DNA from: Candidatus Multivoradales bacterium
GTDB lineage: Bacteria; Acidobacteriota; Thermoanaerobaculia; Multivoradales; J023
Length of the DNA stretch: 64,000 bases
Direction of reading: 5' to 3'
NCBI GenBank assembly: GCA_965248925.1
Contig: CBDFLE010000006.1
Coordinates: forward strand, 384,001-448,000
The position numbers and the translations under genes were made by a program. This document shows, piece by piece, positions 33,458-42,874 of this stretch. How positions within the stretch are numbered: position 1 is the first letter of the stretch; every line of letters starts with the position of its first letter. The notes under the pieces were generated by a model that saw only the letters and a program-made list of their open reading frames with translations, was not told where the DNA came from and did no database searches.

Positions 33458-33631
33458 CGACATGGGGCTCCCAGCTTCGGCAATTTTCGGACCAAAAAGC
33501 TGCACCACAGCGCGGCCTACCCGGCGAGCCTCGCGGCCCTGGATCTCGGCGGGTCGCCAGCCTGGTGGTAGCGCATGGCCACAGCGGGGGTGCGGTGTCC
33601 CACTCGACCCAGGTTCTGGCGACGGTGGCGA

Positions 33632-34075
33632 ATGAAGTGGCGCTCACTCTCGGCTGTAGTCTTTCTCTTGCTTGCCTGGGCAGGTTGTGCTTCAGTGAAT
33701 GTCGATCGTCATGATCGAATATTGATTAGTGGAAAAATCCAGGACGAATCTGGTGATCCGCTCAGAGCTGCCAAGTGCTTTTTTGTAGACTCTGGATTGG
33801 ACGATTGGCGCCAGGACGAATTTGAATCCTCCAGCCTGGCTTCCAGTGATCAGCTTGGGCGAGTTCACGTTCTATTCAACTACAGCTGGGGATATGAGTT
33901 GCCGGGCTCACGTCCTCGCGAGTTGCCGGCTGCCGACATTCGGCACTTCTCTATAGTCGTAAGAAAGCCTGGATATCGCCCTTTTCATATCGAATTCGAC
34001 TACAAACAAGTCGAGCGCCTGGACGACGGGTCGATAAGTGCGACTCTGGGAGTCGATACTCTCAAGAGGCTCTAA
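33632..34075 (+). CDS. Lipoprotein, possible orphan immunity protein
   Basis: MKWRSLSAVVFLLLAWAGC lipobox; lower GC; carboxypeptidase-regulatory-like ISGKIQDESGDPL. Confidence 0.65.
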   Translation: MKWRSLSAVVFLLLAWAGCASVNVDRHDRILISGKIQDESGDPLRAAKCFFVDSGLDDWRQDEFESSSLASSDQLGRVHVLFNYSWGYELPGSRPRELPAADIRHFSIVVRKPGYRPFHIEFDYKQVERLDDGSISATLGVDTLKRL

Positions 34076-34272
34076 GAGCAGATCATTAGTCAGCACTAGC
34101 CACGGCATGGCCTAGCCAGCCAGCCTCGCGGCCTGGGACCCTATGTACGCCTCCGCCCGCCGCTGGACATCCTCGGCCACCAGCTCGGCGCGCCCGACGA
34201 CCACCAGCTGGCCGACGTTTCCACGGTCGACTAGGTCGACGACCGTGGCCTCGGGATGGCGACCGCCGTTCG

Positions 34273-35763
34273 CGGGGTTCCGACAGCAACGGTGCAGAAT
34301 CCAACGCAAAGCGCCCCTAGATTCCGGCCTTCGACAACCATCGGAACGAAAAACTACCCTAAGGCGACGGCCCCGTAGTCTTCTTCCGGGTTCCGCAGTG
34401 GTCGGAGCTGGCCCCTGGCCACGGTCGCCCACCACGACCCCCGACTACTGCGTGAACTCCCAGAGGGTGGAGTTGCAGCGACCCGTCTCATTGAACCGCA
34501 GACGCAGCTCCGGTCCTCCGCCCCGGCTGTTCGGGGGAAGGCGGTAGAAGGTGTAGACGGCATCGGAGTAGCCTGTGCTGCACGGGACGGAGGGGCGGCT
34601 ACTGCCCTGGTAGTCGAGAGTCTGCTGGTCGATGCAGTGGGCGGGCTCGCCGAGGGCGCGGAGCAGCTCTGCGCGGCCGGCGCCGACGAACAGGGTGATG
34701 TCCAAAGCGCGAAGGTCAGCGTCGGCAACCTGCTGGCCGGCCGCGACCCGGTCCAGAGTCTGTCGCAGCGTTCTCAGCAGCTCGGCCCGCGGTGCCGTCT
34801 GGTCCGGCGCGTCGAGCAACGTCAGCTCCAGGTGAAGCTGGTAGCCGCGCTCTCCGAGCAACGGCGTCGCTCGGGCCTCGACTTCCAGTTTCGGATGGCG
34901 CGGCACCGGAGGAATCCCGTAGGGCATCTGGCTGAGGGAAACCCGGCGGCGGTCCGAGCCGTCGGTGATCATGTCAGTCGGCTCGATCCTGTCGGGGTCC
35001 TTCAGGATCCGCTCCTGCGCGATCTCGGCCCACCGGGGGTCATCGGGATCCATCAGGAACGATATCGGGTACATCCCTTCGCTGTGCACTTCCGGCAGGT
35101 AGAAGTAGAACGTCCACCGTCGCATCGGAGCGTGGAGTGCGAAGGTCTGCGGGTCCGGTACGCGACGTTCGGTGAACTCGATCCGCCCCTCCGGGTCGGT
35201 GAAGATCACCCTGCTCGCCGGATCGAGCCAGAGCGATCGGGTGCTGGCCAGGATGGGGTAGCCGGCGAGGGGCTCTCCCGAGGCGGATCGCAGCACGACC
35301 GTGCAGCGCAGCGTCGCATCCTTTCCGAGTTCGCCGAGTGAGACGCAACCGAGGCAGACGGTCAGCCCCAGGAACAGAGAGGTCAGCTTCGTAGGCCGTT
35401 TCACCATTTCATCTTCCCCCGGTTTCCGGGCTCACTCGACCTGGAGCGAGTTGCAATCGTGGCGGGCTCTCCTTGGAGTAAAGACTCGCACCGCTGCGGC
35501 TCGATCCCCAACCGGCGCTCGATGTCGTCGCGCAGGCGCCGAATCTCCCCGCCCTTGGGTTCAGTCTCGCTTACGGCCTGTTCGGCGTCAGCCTCATCCA
35601 TAAATGGACCTGTCCGATTTAGTGGGTTCGTTCAAAACAGCTCTCTACTACCAGGAAACACCAGCGTCTCGCATGACAAGGAAGTGTTGATTGTGATCCA
35701 CCGATCATATCGGATGCCGGGGTCTCTGACGTTGGATTCTGCACCGTTGTTGTCGGGACCCCG
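34273..35763. mobile_element. Putative non-autonomous element bounded by 34-bp inverted repeats
   Basis: cggggttccgacagcaacggtgcagaatccaacg (34273-34306) and cgttggattctgcaccgttgttgtcgggaccccg (35730-35763), 2 mismatches; no transposase inside. Confidence 0.6.
34445..35407 (-). CDS. Lipoprotein of unknown function (320 aa)
   Basis: MVKRPTKLTSLFLGLTVCLGC lipobox; coding-like codon bias. Confidence 0.75.
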   Translation of the reverse strand: MVKRPTKLTSLFLGLTVCLGCVSLGELGKDATLRCTVVLRSASGEPLAGYPILASTRSLWLDPASRVIFTDPEGRIEFTERRVPDPQTFALHAPMRRWTFYFYLPEVHSEGMYPISFLMDPDDPRWAEIAQERILKDPDRIEPTDMITDGSDRRRVSLSQMPYGIPPVPRHPKLEVEARATPLLGERGYQLHLELTLLDAPDQTAPRAELLRTLRQTLDRVAAGQQVADADLRALDITLFVGAGRAELLRALGEPAHCIDQQTLDYQGSSRPSVPCSTGYSDAVYTFYRLPPNSRGGGPELRLRFNETGRCNSTLWEFTQ

Positions 35764-36429
35764 ACTTGTGGGGGAGCGGCGAACGCCACGGCCGATGCGC
35801 TGGAGAATGCGACAAGCATACCCCTAGAAGCCTGTGGCCCGACTTTGCTTGGAGCATTGATCAGATCTCCCCTTCACGAAAGCTCTTGGCAATATTCTCT
35901 AGCTGCACGACATCTTACCTTGGAGCAGACGGCCCGGCTAATAGCTGAGCCGATTCCATACCTCAACTGCGTTCAAGCGGCGCAAAAACCTAGGATCGTT
36001 GCCATGACTCAGTCGACAAACGTCGATGAACCCGGCACCGTTCCGAATCCCTCCCCTGACTGGCGTCTCCCAGACTGCCTATTCCGACGAAACCGACCAG
36101 CCATTCCGATCGAATCTGACCACTTGTCGGAGCGAAGCGACGCTGGCGCTCTCCTCAGTTGTAGGTGTCCACTTTCGCTGTAGCTTGAGGCCTCCTTCCG
36201 GCTCTTCTTCTTGATTGATTGTATTCAAATAGCCCGTCGTCGGGGCTGTGCGTAGCTGTGGGAAACGCGAGTGGGGGGCCGGGGGGCGTTTTCCAAGCGG
36301 TTGTGGGAATCGCAGAGCGATTCCCACAACCGCGGCAGCTTCCACAGTCCATCTTGGGTCGGGTCCGGATCGGGCCGCAGGCCCGCTGATGGGTCAGGAT
36401 CGGCGGTCGCTTCAACATGCTCTTGGATC

Positions 36430-37190
36430 TCACCTCGCCTCTCGGTGGGCGGCCTTGCGGGTACCGCCGGCTCTTTTCGCTCGCATGGAGTCACCGTCCA
36501 CCCCGAGCTTGTAGGCACCGTGGACAATGCGATCGAGAATGGCGTCGGCCAAGGTCGGATCGCCGATGACCTCGTACCAGCTCTCGACGGGTAGCTGCGA
36601 GGTCACTAGCGTCGAACGGTTCCCGTAGCGGTCCTCGAGAATCTCGAGCAGGTCGCGTCGCTCACTGGCCACGATCGGCGCCAATCCCCAGTCATCGAGA
36701 ATGAGCAAATCGGTGCGAGCGTAGCTCTTGAGCAGCTTCTCGTAGCTACCATCACCCCGCGCGATGGCGAGCTGGCGAGACAGCCTCGGCACCCGCAGGT
36801 ACAATGCGGTGTAACCCTCCCGACACGCTTTGTGGGCGAGGGCACAGGCCAGGAAGGTCTTGCCTACTCCGGCCTTGCCGGTGATCAGCACGTTGAGGTG
36901 ATCGGCGATCCACCGGCACGAGGCCAAACGAAGGATTTGGCCTTTATCCAGACCCCTCTTGGCCCGCCAGTCGATGTCTTCGATGGCCGCCTGCTCGCGC
37001 AGCTTGGCTTTGCGCAACCGCGCTATCAGGCGGCGGCTGGATCGCTCGGTCGCCTCGCGCGCGACCAAGAGCCCGAGGCGCTCTTCGAAGGAGAGTTCTG
37101 AAACATCGACCATCGACAGCTGCTCCTCGAAAGCCTTGGCCATACCGTGGAGCTTGAGCGCGGCGAGTTGATCGAGCGTCGCGTGCAACG
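36430..37190 (-). CDS. istB: IS21 helper ATPase IstB (native start probably deleted)
   Basis: [10 protein letters not shown] Walker A, LLILDDWG Walker [16 protein letters not shown]. Confidence 0.88.
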
Positions 37191-38189
37191 CGTACCTTCT
37201 TCCATTCGGAAAGCTCGTAGGACTGGCGCGGCAAAGCACCAAGAGCAGGACGATCGACCTGCTCGAACAGCACCCGCCGCGATACTCCCAACACCTTCAG
37301 CGACCGATCGTTGAGCTCGATGAGCAGCTTCGCGATGTTCTCGTTGAGCTCTCGCAGGCTGAAGAACTGCTGGTTACGCAGCCGGGCCAGAATCCAGCGC
37401 TCCACTTGCAATACACCATTTTCGACCCTCGCCTTGTCTTGGGGCTTCCTCACCCGCGCCGGCACCACCGCCACGCCGTAGTGCTCGGCCAACTCCGCGT
37501 AGGTGCGATTGATCTCCGGCTCGTAGCGGCACGGGCTGGTCACGCCGCTCTTCAGATTGTCCGGCACCACCAGCTCGCTCACCCCGCCCAGAGCCGCGAA
37601 GGTCCGCACATGAGAGCCGATCCTCCAGACCCTGGCTCCACGTTGCTTCGGCAAAGGTGAAGTTGCTCGCCCCCAGCACCGCCACGAAGATCTGCGCTTC
37701 GCGCGTCTTGCCACTCGCCGGGTCAACCACCCTCACCGTCTGCCCGGCGTAGTCGACGAACAGCTTCTCGCCCGCCCGGTAGTCTTGGCGCAGGCACACG
37801 TCCAGACGCCCTTCCCAGATCCGGTACAGCTGACAGAAGCGGCTGAGACCGTAGCCATCGGGATGGTCCTCCCGGTACTCCTGCCATAGCAGCGACAAGG
37901 TCACCCCCTTCTTCTTCAGCTCGCCATGCACTTTGGTCCAGTCGGGCAAGGCTCGCTGACCACCCTTCGGCCGCGGCCGAGGGTACAGGCGCTGCTCCAG
38001 CTCAGCGTCGGTCAAAGCTGCTACTTGTTCCCAGCTCAGGCCTTCAACCTTGGCTCGCAGCAGGTAGTTGCACACCGTCCCGTGGCCCAGCCGAACCGAC
38101 CGTCCGATCTGGCGGTGCGACAAATCATGCTGCCATTTCAGTCTCAGAACCTCGCGTATCTTGCGCATCGATGTCCTCACTCTCGGCAT
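37190..38189 (-). pseudogene. istA: IstA transposase, frameshifted near 37620 and 3'-deleted
   Basis: MRKIREVLRL, YGLSRFC, GEKLFVDYAG and AVLGASNF in one frame; VPDNLKSGV and KPQDKARVE in another; joins IstB directly near 37190. Confidence 0.88.
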
Positions 38190-38599
38190 CCAACCCTCCT
38201 TCCAAGGAGGCTGGGATACCCCAATTGTGAGGATCACGCCAGCGTCGAACTCCGCCGTGGCCAGGATTCCGATCCAATCTGACCGCACATTCCGATCGAC
38301 TCGGAAAAGTGGTCACTTTCAATCGGAATCGGTGGTCAGATTCCGTTGGAATCACTGGTCACTTTCAATCGGAATCGGTGGTCGGATTCCGTCGGTGCAG
38401 GCAACCACTCCACACGCCCTCTTGGGTCCAACCGCACTGCATGGCAGGACAAGTGGAAAAAGTCCGCAAGATCGGAAAAAGCATTTGCTCTCCTATCCTC
38501 TTAGGATTCTCGAAACAGAGAAGAGTGCCAACGCTGACACTCTCACAACCAAGCTGGTGCCCGCACATGGCTTAGATCAATCTCATAGGAGAGTTACAG

Positions 38600-39406
38600 A
38601 TGCGTAAGGTTTCGTTGGCCATCCTGGCCGCCCTCGTTCTCATCGCCCTGCCCGCCGCGGCAGCTGATATTCACATTCAGAGTGGCATCGACGTCTGGTG
38701 GACTCCAGACGACGGCTCGACCCGCGCCGACTTCAAGGACCAGCCCATTCCCGCTGGCTTCTTCTGCGCCGACTCAGCTCCATTCTATGGCACCATCGCT
38801 TTTGAAGGCACGCCTGTAGCTACCAGCCCGGAAGGGATTCTGGCCGGCGCCGACACCGTCCTCTATCGTCTCGACGATGTCATTCTAAGTGAGAAAGGTA
38901 GCGCCATCACGCGGGTCCAGGTCGCTGCCCTCTCCCTGCGCAGCGTTAACCCGGTGGTAACGCGCTGCGGCAGCTTCGATGTAAGCGCCACTTTGGCCGG
39001 CGAGCAGCCGATCACCGAGATGGAGATTGTTCGCGAGAGCAATGAGGGTGGCAGCTTCGCCGCACCTCTATCACTCAACGTGCGCCTCACCTTCACCTCG
39101 ACCGACAAGCGCGAGCGCGCGTCGCGCCAGCTGGTGCAGAGCATCGAACTCGACGCAGCCCCGAATAGTCGCTGGGTGAGTTCTCTCGGCAACCAAACCC
39201 GTGCCGCAGCGGGCTATGTCACCGTCGATAGCGATGGCGACGGTCAGCCTGAAACCCTGTTGCCGGGCACTTCGCCCTCTTTCTTCGCCGATGCACAGAC
39301 CGACGATACCCGCCTCCAGGAGACCCAGTGGATTTGTCACTATCAGTCCGCAGGCGGGCATCAACACTGCTACGAATCGTGTGGCACCAGCGAGTTGTGC
39401 CCATAA
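38600..39406 (+). CDS. Secreted hypothetical protein with Cys/His-rich C-terminal tail
   Basis: AGGAGA RBS; signal peptide ...PAAAA; VDSDGDGQPE; tail WICHYQSAGGHQHCYESCGTSELCP. Confidence 0.85.
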   Translation: MRKVSLAILAALVLIALPAAAADIHIQSGIDVWWTPDDGSTRADFKDQPIPAGFFCADSAPFYGTIAFEGTPVATSPEGILAGADTVLYRLDDVILSEKGSAITRVQVAALSLRSVNPVVTRCGSFDVSATLAGEQPITEMEIVRESNEGGSFAAPLSLNVRLTFTSTDKRERASRQLVQSIELDAAPNSRWVSSLGNQTRAAAGYVTVDSDGDGQPETLLPGTSPSFFADAQTDDTRLQETQWICHYQSAGGHQHCYESCGTSELCP

Positions 39407-39438
39407 GCAACACCGAGCCTTTTTCTAAGAGCTGCAAC

Positions 39439-39478
39439 AGAAAAAAGCTGGCGCCGCCGACCGCGCCGGCCTTTTTCT
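39439..39478 (+). terminator. Probable intrinsic terminator
   Basis: agaaaaaagctggcgc...gcgccggcctttttct hairpin with A/T tracts. Confidence 0.65.
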
Positions 39479-39566
39479 GTTGCGACCCATTGTCTCTTCC
39501 GCACCGGTTGTAGGAACGCCGCTAGCTGCTCGGTCCGCACAAAATAGCAAGATCGAAGAAAGCCTG

Positions 39567-39807
39567 CTCTCCTCAACTTGCAGTGGCTGACTTCAGCCGA
39601 CAAAGGCCCGGGAAAGCCCTGTATGACAGTGCCAACGGAGCATGAACCTCTCTCAGCTTCTTGCACGCACGCCTGAGCCCCTGTCCCAATCGCCGCCGGC
39701 CCTGTGGGAGGGGCGGTATGCCGGAGCAGGGCGGGGGCTTCCGGCTTGCCGAGCCTTCCATGGGGCATCTGCGAGGCCCCGAACTACCCACTGCAATTTG
39801 AGGAGAG
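39567..39807. mobile_element. 241-bp MITE-like element with ISL3-like ends
   Basis: TIRs ctctcctcaacttgcagtgg / ccactgcaatttgaggagag (19/20 match). Confidence 0.7.
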
Positions 39808-39809
39808 AC

Positions 39810-40139
39810 CTTAATGTGCGTCTGACTTTCACCTCGACCGACCGACGCCAACGCCAGTCCTTGCAACTGGTACAAAGCATCGAACTCGACGCTGCGCCCA
39901 ACAGCCGGTGGCTGAGCGAGATCTCAGGGCGGACCCGCGCAGCCGCAGGCTATGTCACCGTCGATAGCAACGGTGATGGCCAGCCAAACGCTCTGCTGCC
40001 GGGCACCTCGCCAAGCTTCTTCGCCGATTCGCAAACCGGCTCCACCAGCTCCAGTGAATCCATCACTTGCCACGCTGGTAGCGGCCACCTGCACTGCTAC
40101 TACGACTGTGGGGCCCCTCCAGGCGGATATTGCCCCTGA
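39810..40139 (+). pseudogene. 5'-truncated paralog of 38600-39406 with a different Cys/His tail
   Basis: LNVRLTFTSTD...LLPGTSPSFFAD shared; tail ITCHAGSGHLHCYYDCGAPPGGYCP. Confidence 0.85.
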
Positions 40140-40279
40140 GAAGTTCAGAACTCTGTTCTTGACCTACTGACCTGAGATGGCCGGTGCATGCAGCGCCGGT
40201 CAGCGTGCGTTTCAGCCCCAGGTAGCTTGGGTGGGGCTGTCGCTGCTCACCATTGGCAGCGGTCGCTATACTGCCCGCC

Positions 40280-41009
40280 ATGCCGCAGAAGTCCCCAGCC
40301 ACCACGCCTTTCGACCTCCCACCAGAAGAGTTCCAACGCCTGAGCCATTGGGATCTGGCTGCACATCGATGGCGCCTACGGTGCGCCAGCCGCGGCCACC
40401 GACGACTACGCCTTCCTGCGCCCAGCCTTCGCGGTGGCCGATTCGCTGTCGCTGGACCCGCACAAATGGCTCTTCGCTCCCTTCGATGTCGGCTGCATCC
40501 TGGTGCGCGATCCGCAAGCTACCCGCCGCGCCTTTGGCCGCAGCAGTGAGTACATCGCGGTGACCCAAACCGAGCGGCGCGAGAACTTCGCCTTTTTCGA
40601 TCACGGCCCCGAGCTGTCGCGCCGTTTCCGCGCCCTCAAAGTGTGGGCCATTCTCAAAATACGCGGCCGCGACCAATTGGCGGCTGAAATCGGGCGCCAG
40701 ATTGAGCTGCGCCGCCAGATCGATCGGCGGGTTGTGGCCGAGTCGGACCTCGAATTGCTGGGTTCCGGCCTCAGCATTAGCTGTTTTCGCTTCCACCCCG
40801 CGGCGATCGACGATGACCAACAGCTCGACCGGCTCAATCGCCAGACCCTCGAGGCGGTGGTCGACGAAGGGCAGTTCTTCCTTTCGCCAACCACCCTCGA
40901 AGGGCGCTACAGCTTACGCATCTGTATCGTTAACTTTCGCACCCAAATTACCGACCTGAATCGGCTTATCGACCGCGTGCTCACCCGCGGCCGAGCGCTC
41001 GCAACCTAG
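40280..41009 (+). pseudogene. Group II PLP-dependent (aromatic amino acid-type) decarboxylase with a large internal deletion and frameshift
   Basis: N-terminus DLPPEEFQRL joins out of frame to WLHIDGAYG...ADSLSLDPHKWLF, ELSRRFRALK, LRICIVNFRT. Confidence 0.85.
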
Positions 41010-41076
41010 CCGGCAATCAAGCACGGCGACCTGGCGGCGCTTAGCCAGGCGCCATTCGCTCAACGGCCCTCGTGGC

Positions 41077-42516
41077 TCATTGCTGGCAGGATGGCGTGGT
41101 GTACTCGAAGTCCAAACGCCAGTCCTCGAGCGTGCCGACCGAGCCGGTGAACGGATCCTCCACCCGCAAGGTCCAGGTACCGTGGATACCCTTGCCCAGG
41201 AAGTCGTTGGTGACGGTGTAGAACTGCGAGAAGCAGCCCGAGCACAGCTGATCTTCGGTGCCATCCGGGGCCACCAGGTAGACCCGCAGCTGGGACAGGC
41301 TGGGGTGACTCAAGCTGACATACACGCCGGTGACCGTGATGGTGCCGAAGCCCGACACGAATACGTCTGACTCGACTCCCGCCGGATCACCGTCCGGGAT
41401 GGCGAGCGGCGTATCGGTTGCCGGCCACTGCTGGAAGTTGGTGCAGGTGGCATCTTCGTAAGCACCGATGTCTATCTGCCCGCACCACTTGCGGCAGCTA
41501 TCGTCGAGGTCGTTCTCGCCCCCGAAAGCAATGAAGTTGGGATCGCCGTTGTTGATCGCTGGCGACGGCGGAAAAACATTGACGTTCGGCCGGTAGTCAC
41601 CCGCGGCCGGGTTGGTGAACTGCGGGTCGAAGGACGTGCTACCGGTGCCGCCGAGGCTGGGCAGCACATCGGCCGGCACGATGCTGTAGTTGGCGTCCAC
41701 CAGCCCGCTGTTGTTGATCACCTCGTTCTGCGCCGGCAGGTTGCCCCAGACGATCGAGCTGCGGATGTCGAGAGCAGTGTTGATCTGGTTGACGGTGATC
41801 GCGCCGAGGAAGTTGCCGCCGGCAACGTTGGCACTGACCGTGCTGTTGCGCAGCAGCATGCTGCCGCCACCGCTGAGGTGGATGGCCGAGCCGATGTCGG
41901 CGATGTTGTTGACCAGCAGCGAGTTGATGATCGAGTCCGAGCTGCTGAAGCTCGAGTAGGCGCCACCGGCACTGTTGAAACCGACCGCCTCGTTGCCCTC
42001 GAAGATGCACTGGTCAAAGACCGCGGCTGAGTTGCTGCTGTAGACCGCGCCACCCTGGGCCGCCGGCGGGTTCGACGAGCTGGTCTCGCCGTTGATGAAC
42101 TTGAAGCCCCGGATCAAACTGGCGGTGACCGCCAAGTTGAGCGCCCGCCCTGATTCTTCCGCATCGATCACGCAGGAGCCTGGAGCACCCTTACACTCGA
42201 GGATGATGGACTTGCCGGCGATTAGTAGATTGGCGTTGTTGTTACCTTTGTAGACCCCGGCGTTGACCAGGATCTTGTCACCGTTCACCGCCGCGTTGAT
42301 AGCCGGTTGGATCTTCTTGTACTGGCACGGAACCCTTAGCAGACCAGGGACTGGTTTGCACCTCGGTTTGATCAAGATCGAGATGAACTTGCCGTCCGCA
42401 TCAGCGGCGTCGCCTTGAGCCAGGGCAGGGCTCGCCGCCCAAGTAGCGGCGAGCAAGGCAAGAACAGTGAATGAGGGAAGAAATCTAGCAGCACAAGGAC
42501 TAATAACAATCTCCAT
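41077..42516 (-). CDS. Secreted right-handed beta-helix (pectin-lyase-like) protein with C-terminal proprotein-convertase P domain
   Basis: Signal peptide; IQPAINAAVNGDKILVNAGVY, GGA/F..N repeats, SPAINNG, IDIGAYE; LSHP...LVAPDGT, GTWTLRVED. Confidence 0.85.
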   Translation of the reverse strand: MEIVISPCAARFLPSFTVLALLAATWAASPALAQGDAADADGKFISILIKPRCKPVPGLLRVPCQYKKIQPAINAAVNGDKILVNAGVYKGNNNANLLIAGKSIILECKGAPGSCVIDAEESGRALNLAVTASLIRGFKFINGETSSSNPPAAQGGAVYSSNSAAVFDQCIFEGNEAVGFNSAGGAYSSFSSSDSIINSLLVNNIADIGSAIHLSGGGSMLLRNSTVSANVAGGNFLGAITVNQINTALDIRSSIVWGNLPAQNEVINNSGLVDANYSIVPADVLPSLGGTGSTSFDPQFTNPAAGDYRPNVNVFPPSPAINNGDPNFIAFGGENDLDDSCRKWCGQIDIGAYEDATCTNFQQWPATDTPLAIPDGDPAGVESDVFVSGFGTITVTGVYVSLSHPSLSQLRVYLVAPDGTEDQLCSGCFSQFYTVTNDFLGKGIHGTWTLRVEDPFTGSVGTLEDWRLDFEYTTPSCQQ

Positions 42517-42874
42517 TTGAATGCCCCACCAGAACTCGGTTCAAGAAAGCGCAGGCAACCCGATCGGAGACTCGACGCCACCAATCCCAAACAAGATACT
42601 CGGCTCTGGGTAGCAATTCTCTGACGTTCATCTAGGAAGGAGTCAGCGAGCCGGCGCTTTGCCTACCGCCTCTCCCAGAACCGGCGATCTTGGTGGAACT
42701 CGAGCCGGCAAGGCCGTCTGCCGATGGCGCCCCGGTCTTCGCTACTGAGAATCTTGACCCGCCCTATATTTTCCGCCTCCTTGGCACACCCTCTACTTAG
42801 GGCATATCGCATGCAAAAGCGCCGAAGCCCGTGTCCGGGACCGGCAATGTCGAAAATTGTTGAAGGAGATCTCG

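Larger units (their letters stand above)
36076..38403 (-). mobile_element. IS21-family (IS408/IS1162-like) element, degenerate
   Basis: Ends TGCCTATTCCGACGAAACCGACCA... and ...TGGTCGGATTCCGTCGGTGCAGGCA with internal repeated TGGTCACTTTCAATCGGAATCGG motifs; istA/istB remnants. Confidence 0.9.

Noticed and set aside
36240-36352. Hairpin-rich segment resembling an ncRNA
   Set aside because: It lies inside the IS21 element downstream of istB, where such structured sequence is common
38265-38403. Repeated TGGTCACTTTCAATCGGAATCGG units resembling a CRISPR array
   Set aside because: No unique spacers and no cas genes; these are the multiple terminal repeats typical of IS21 ends
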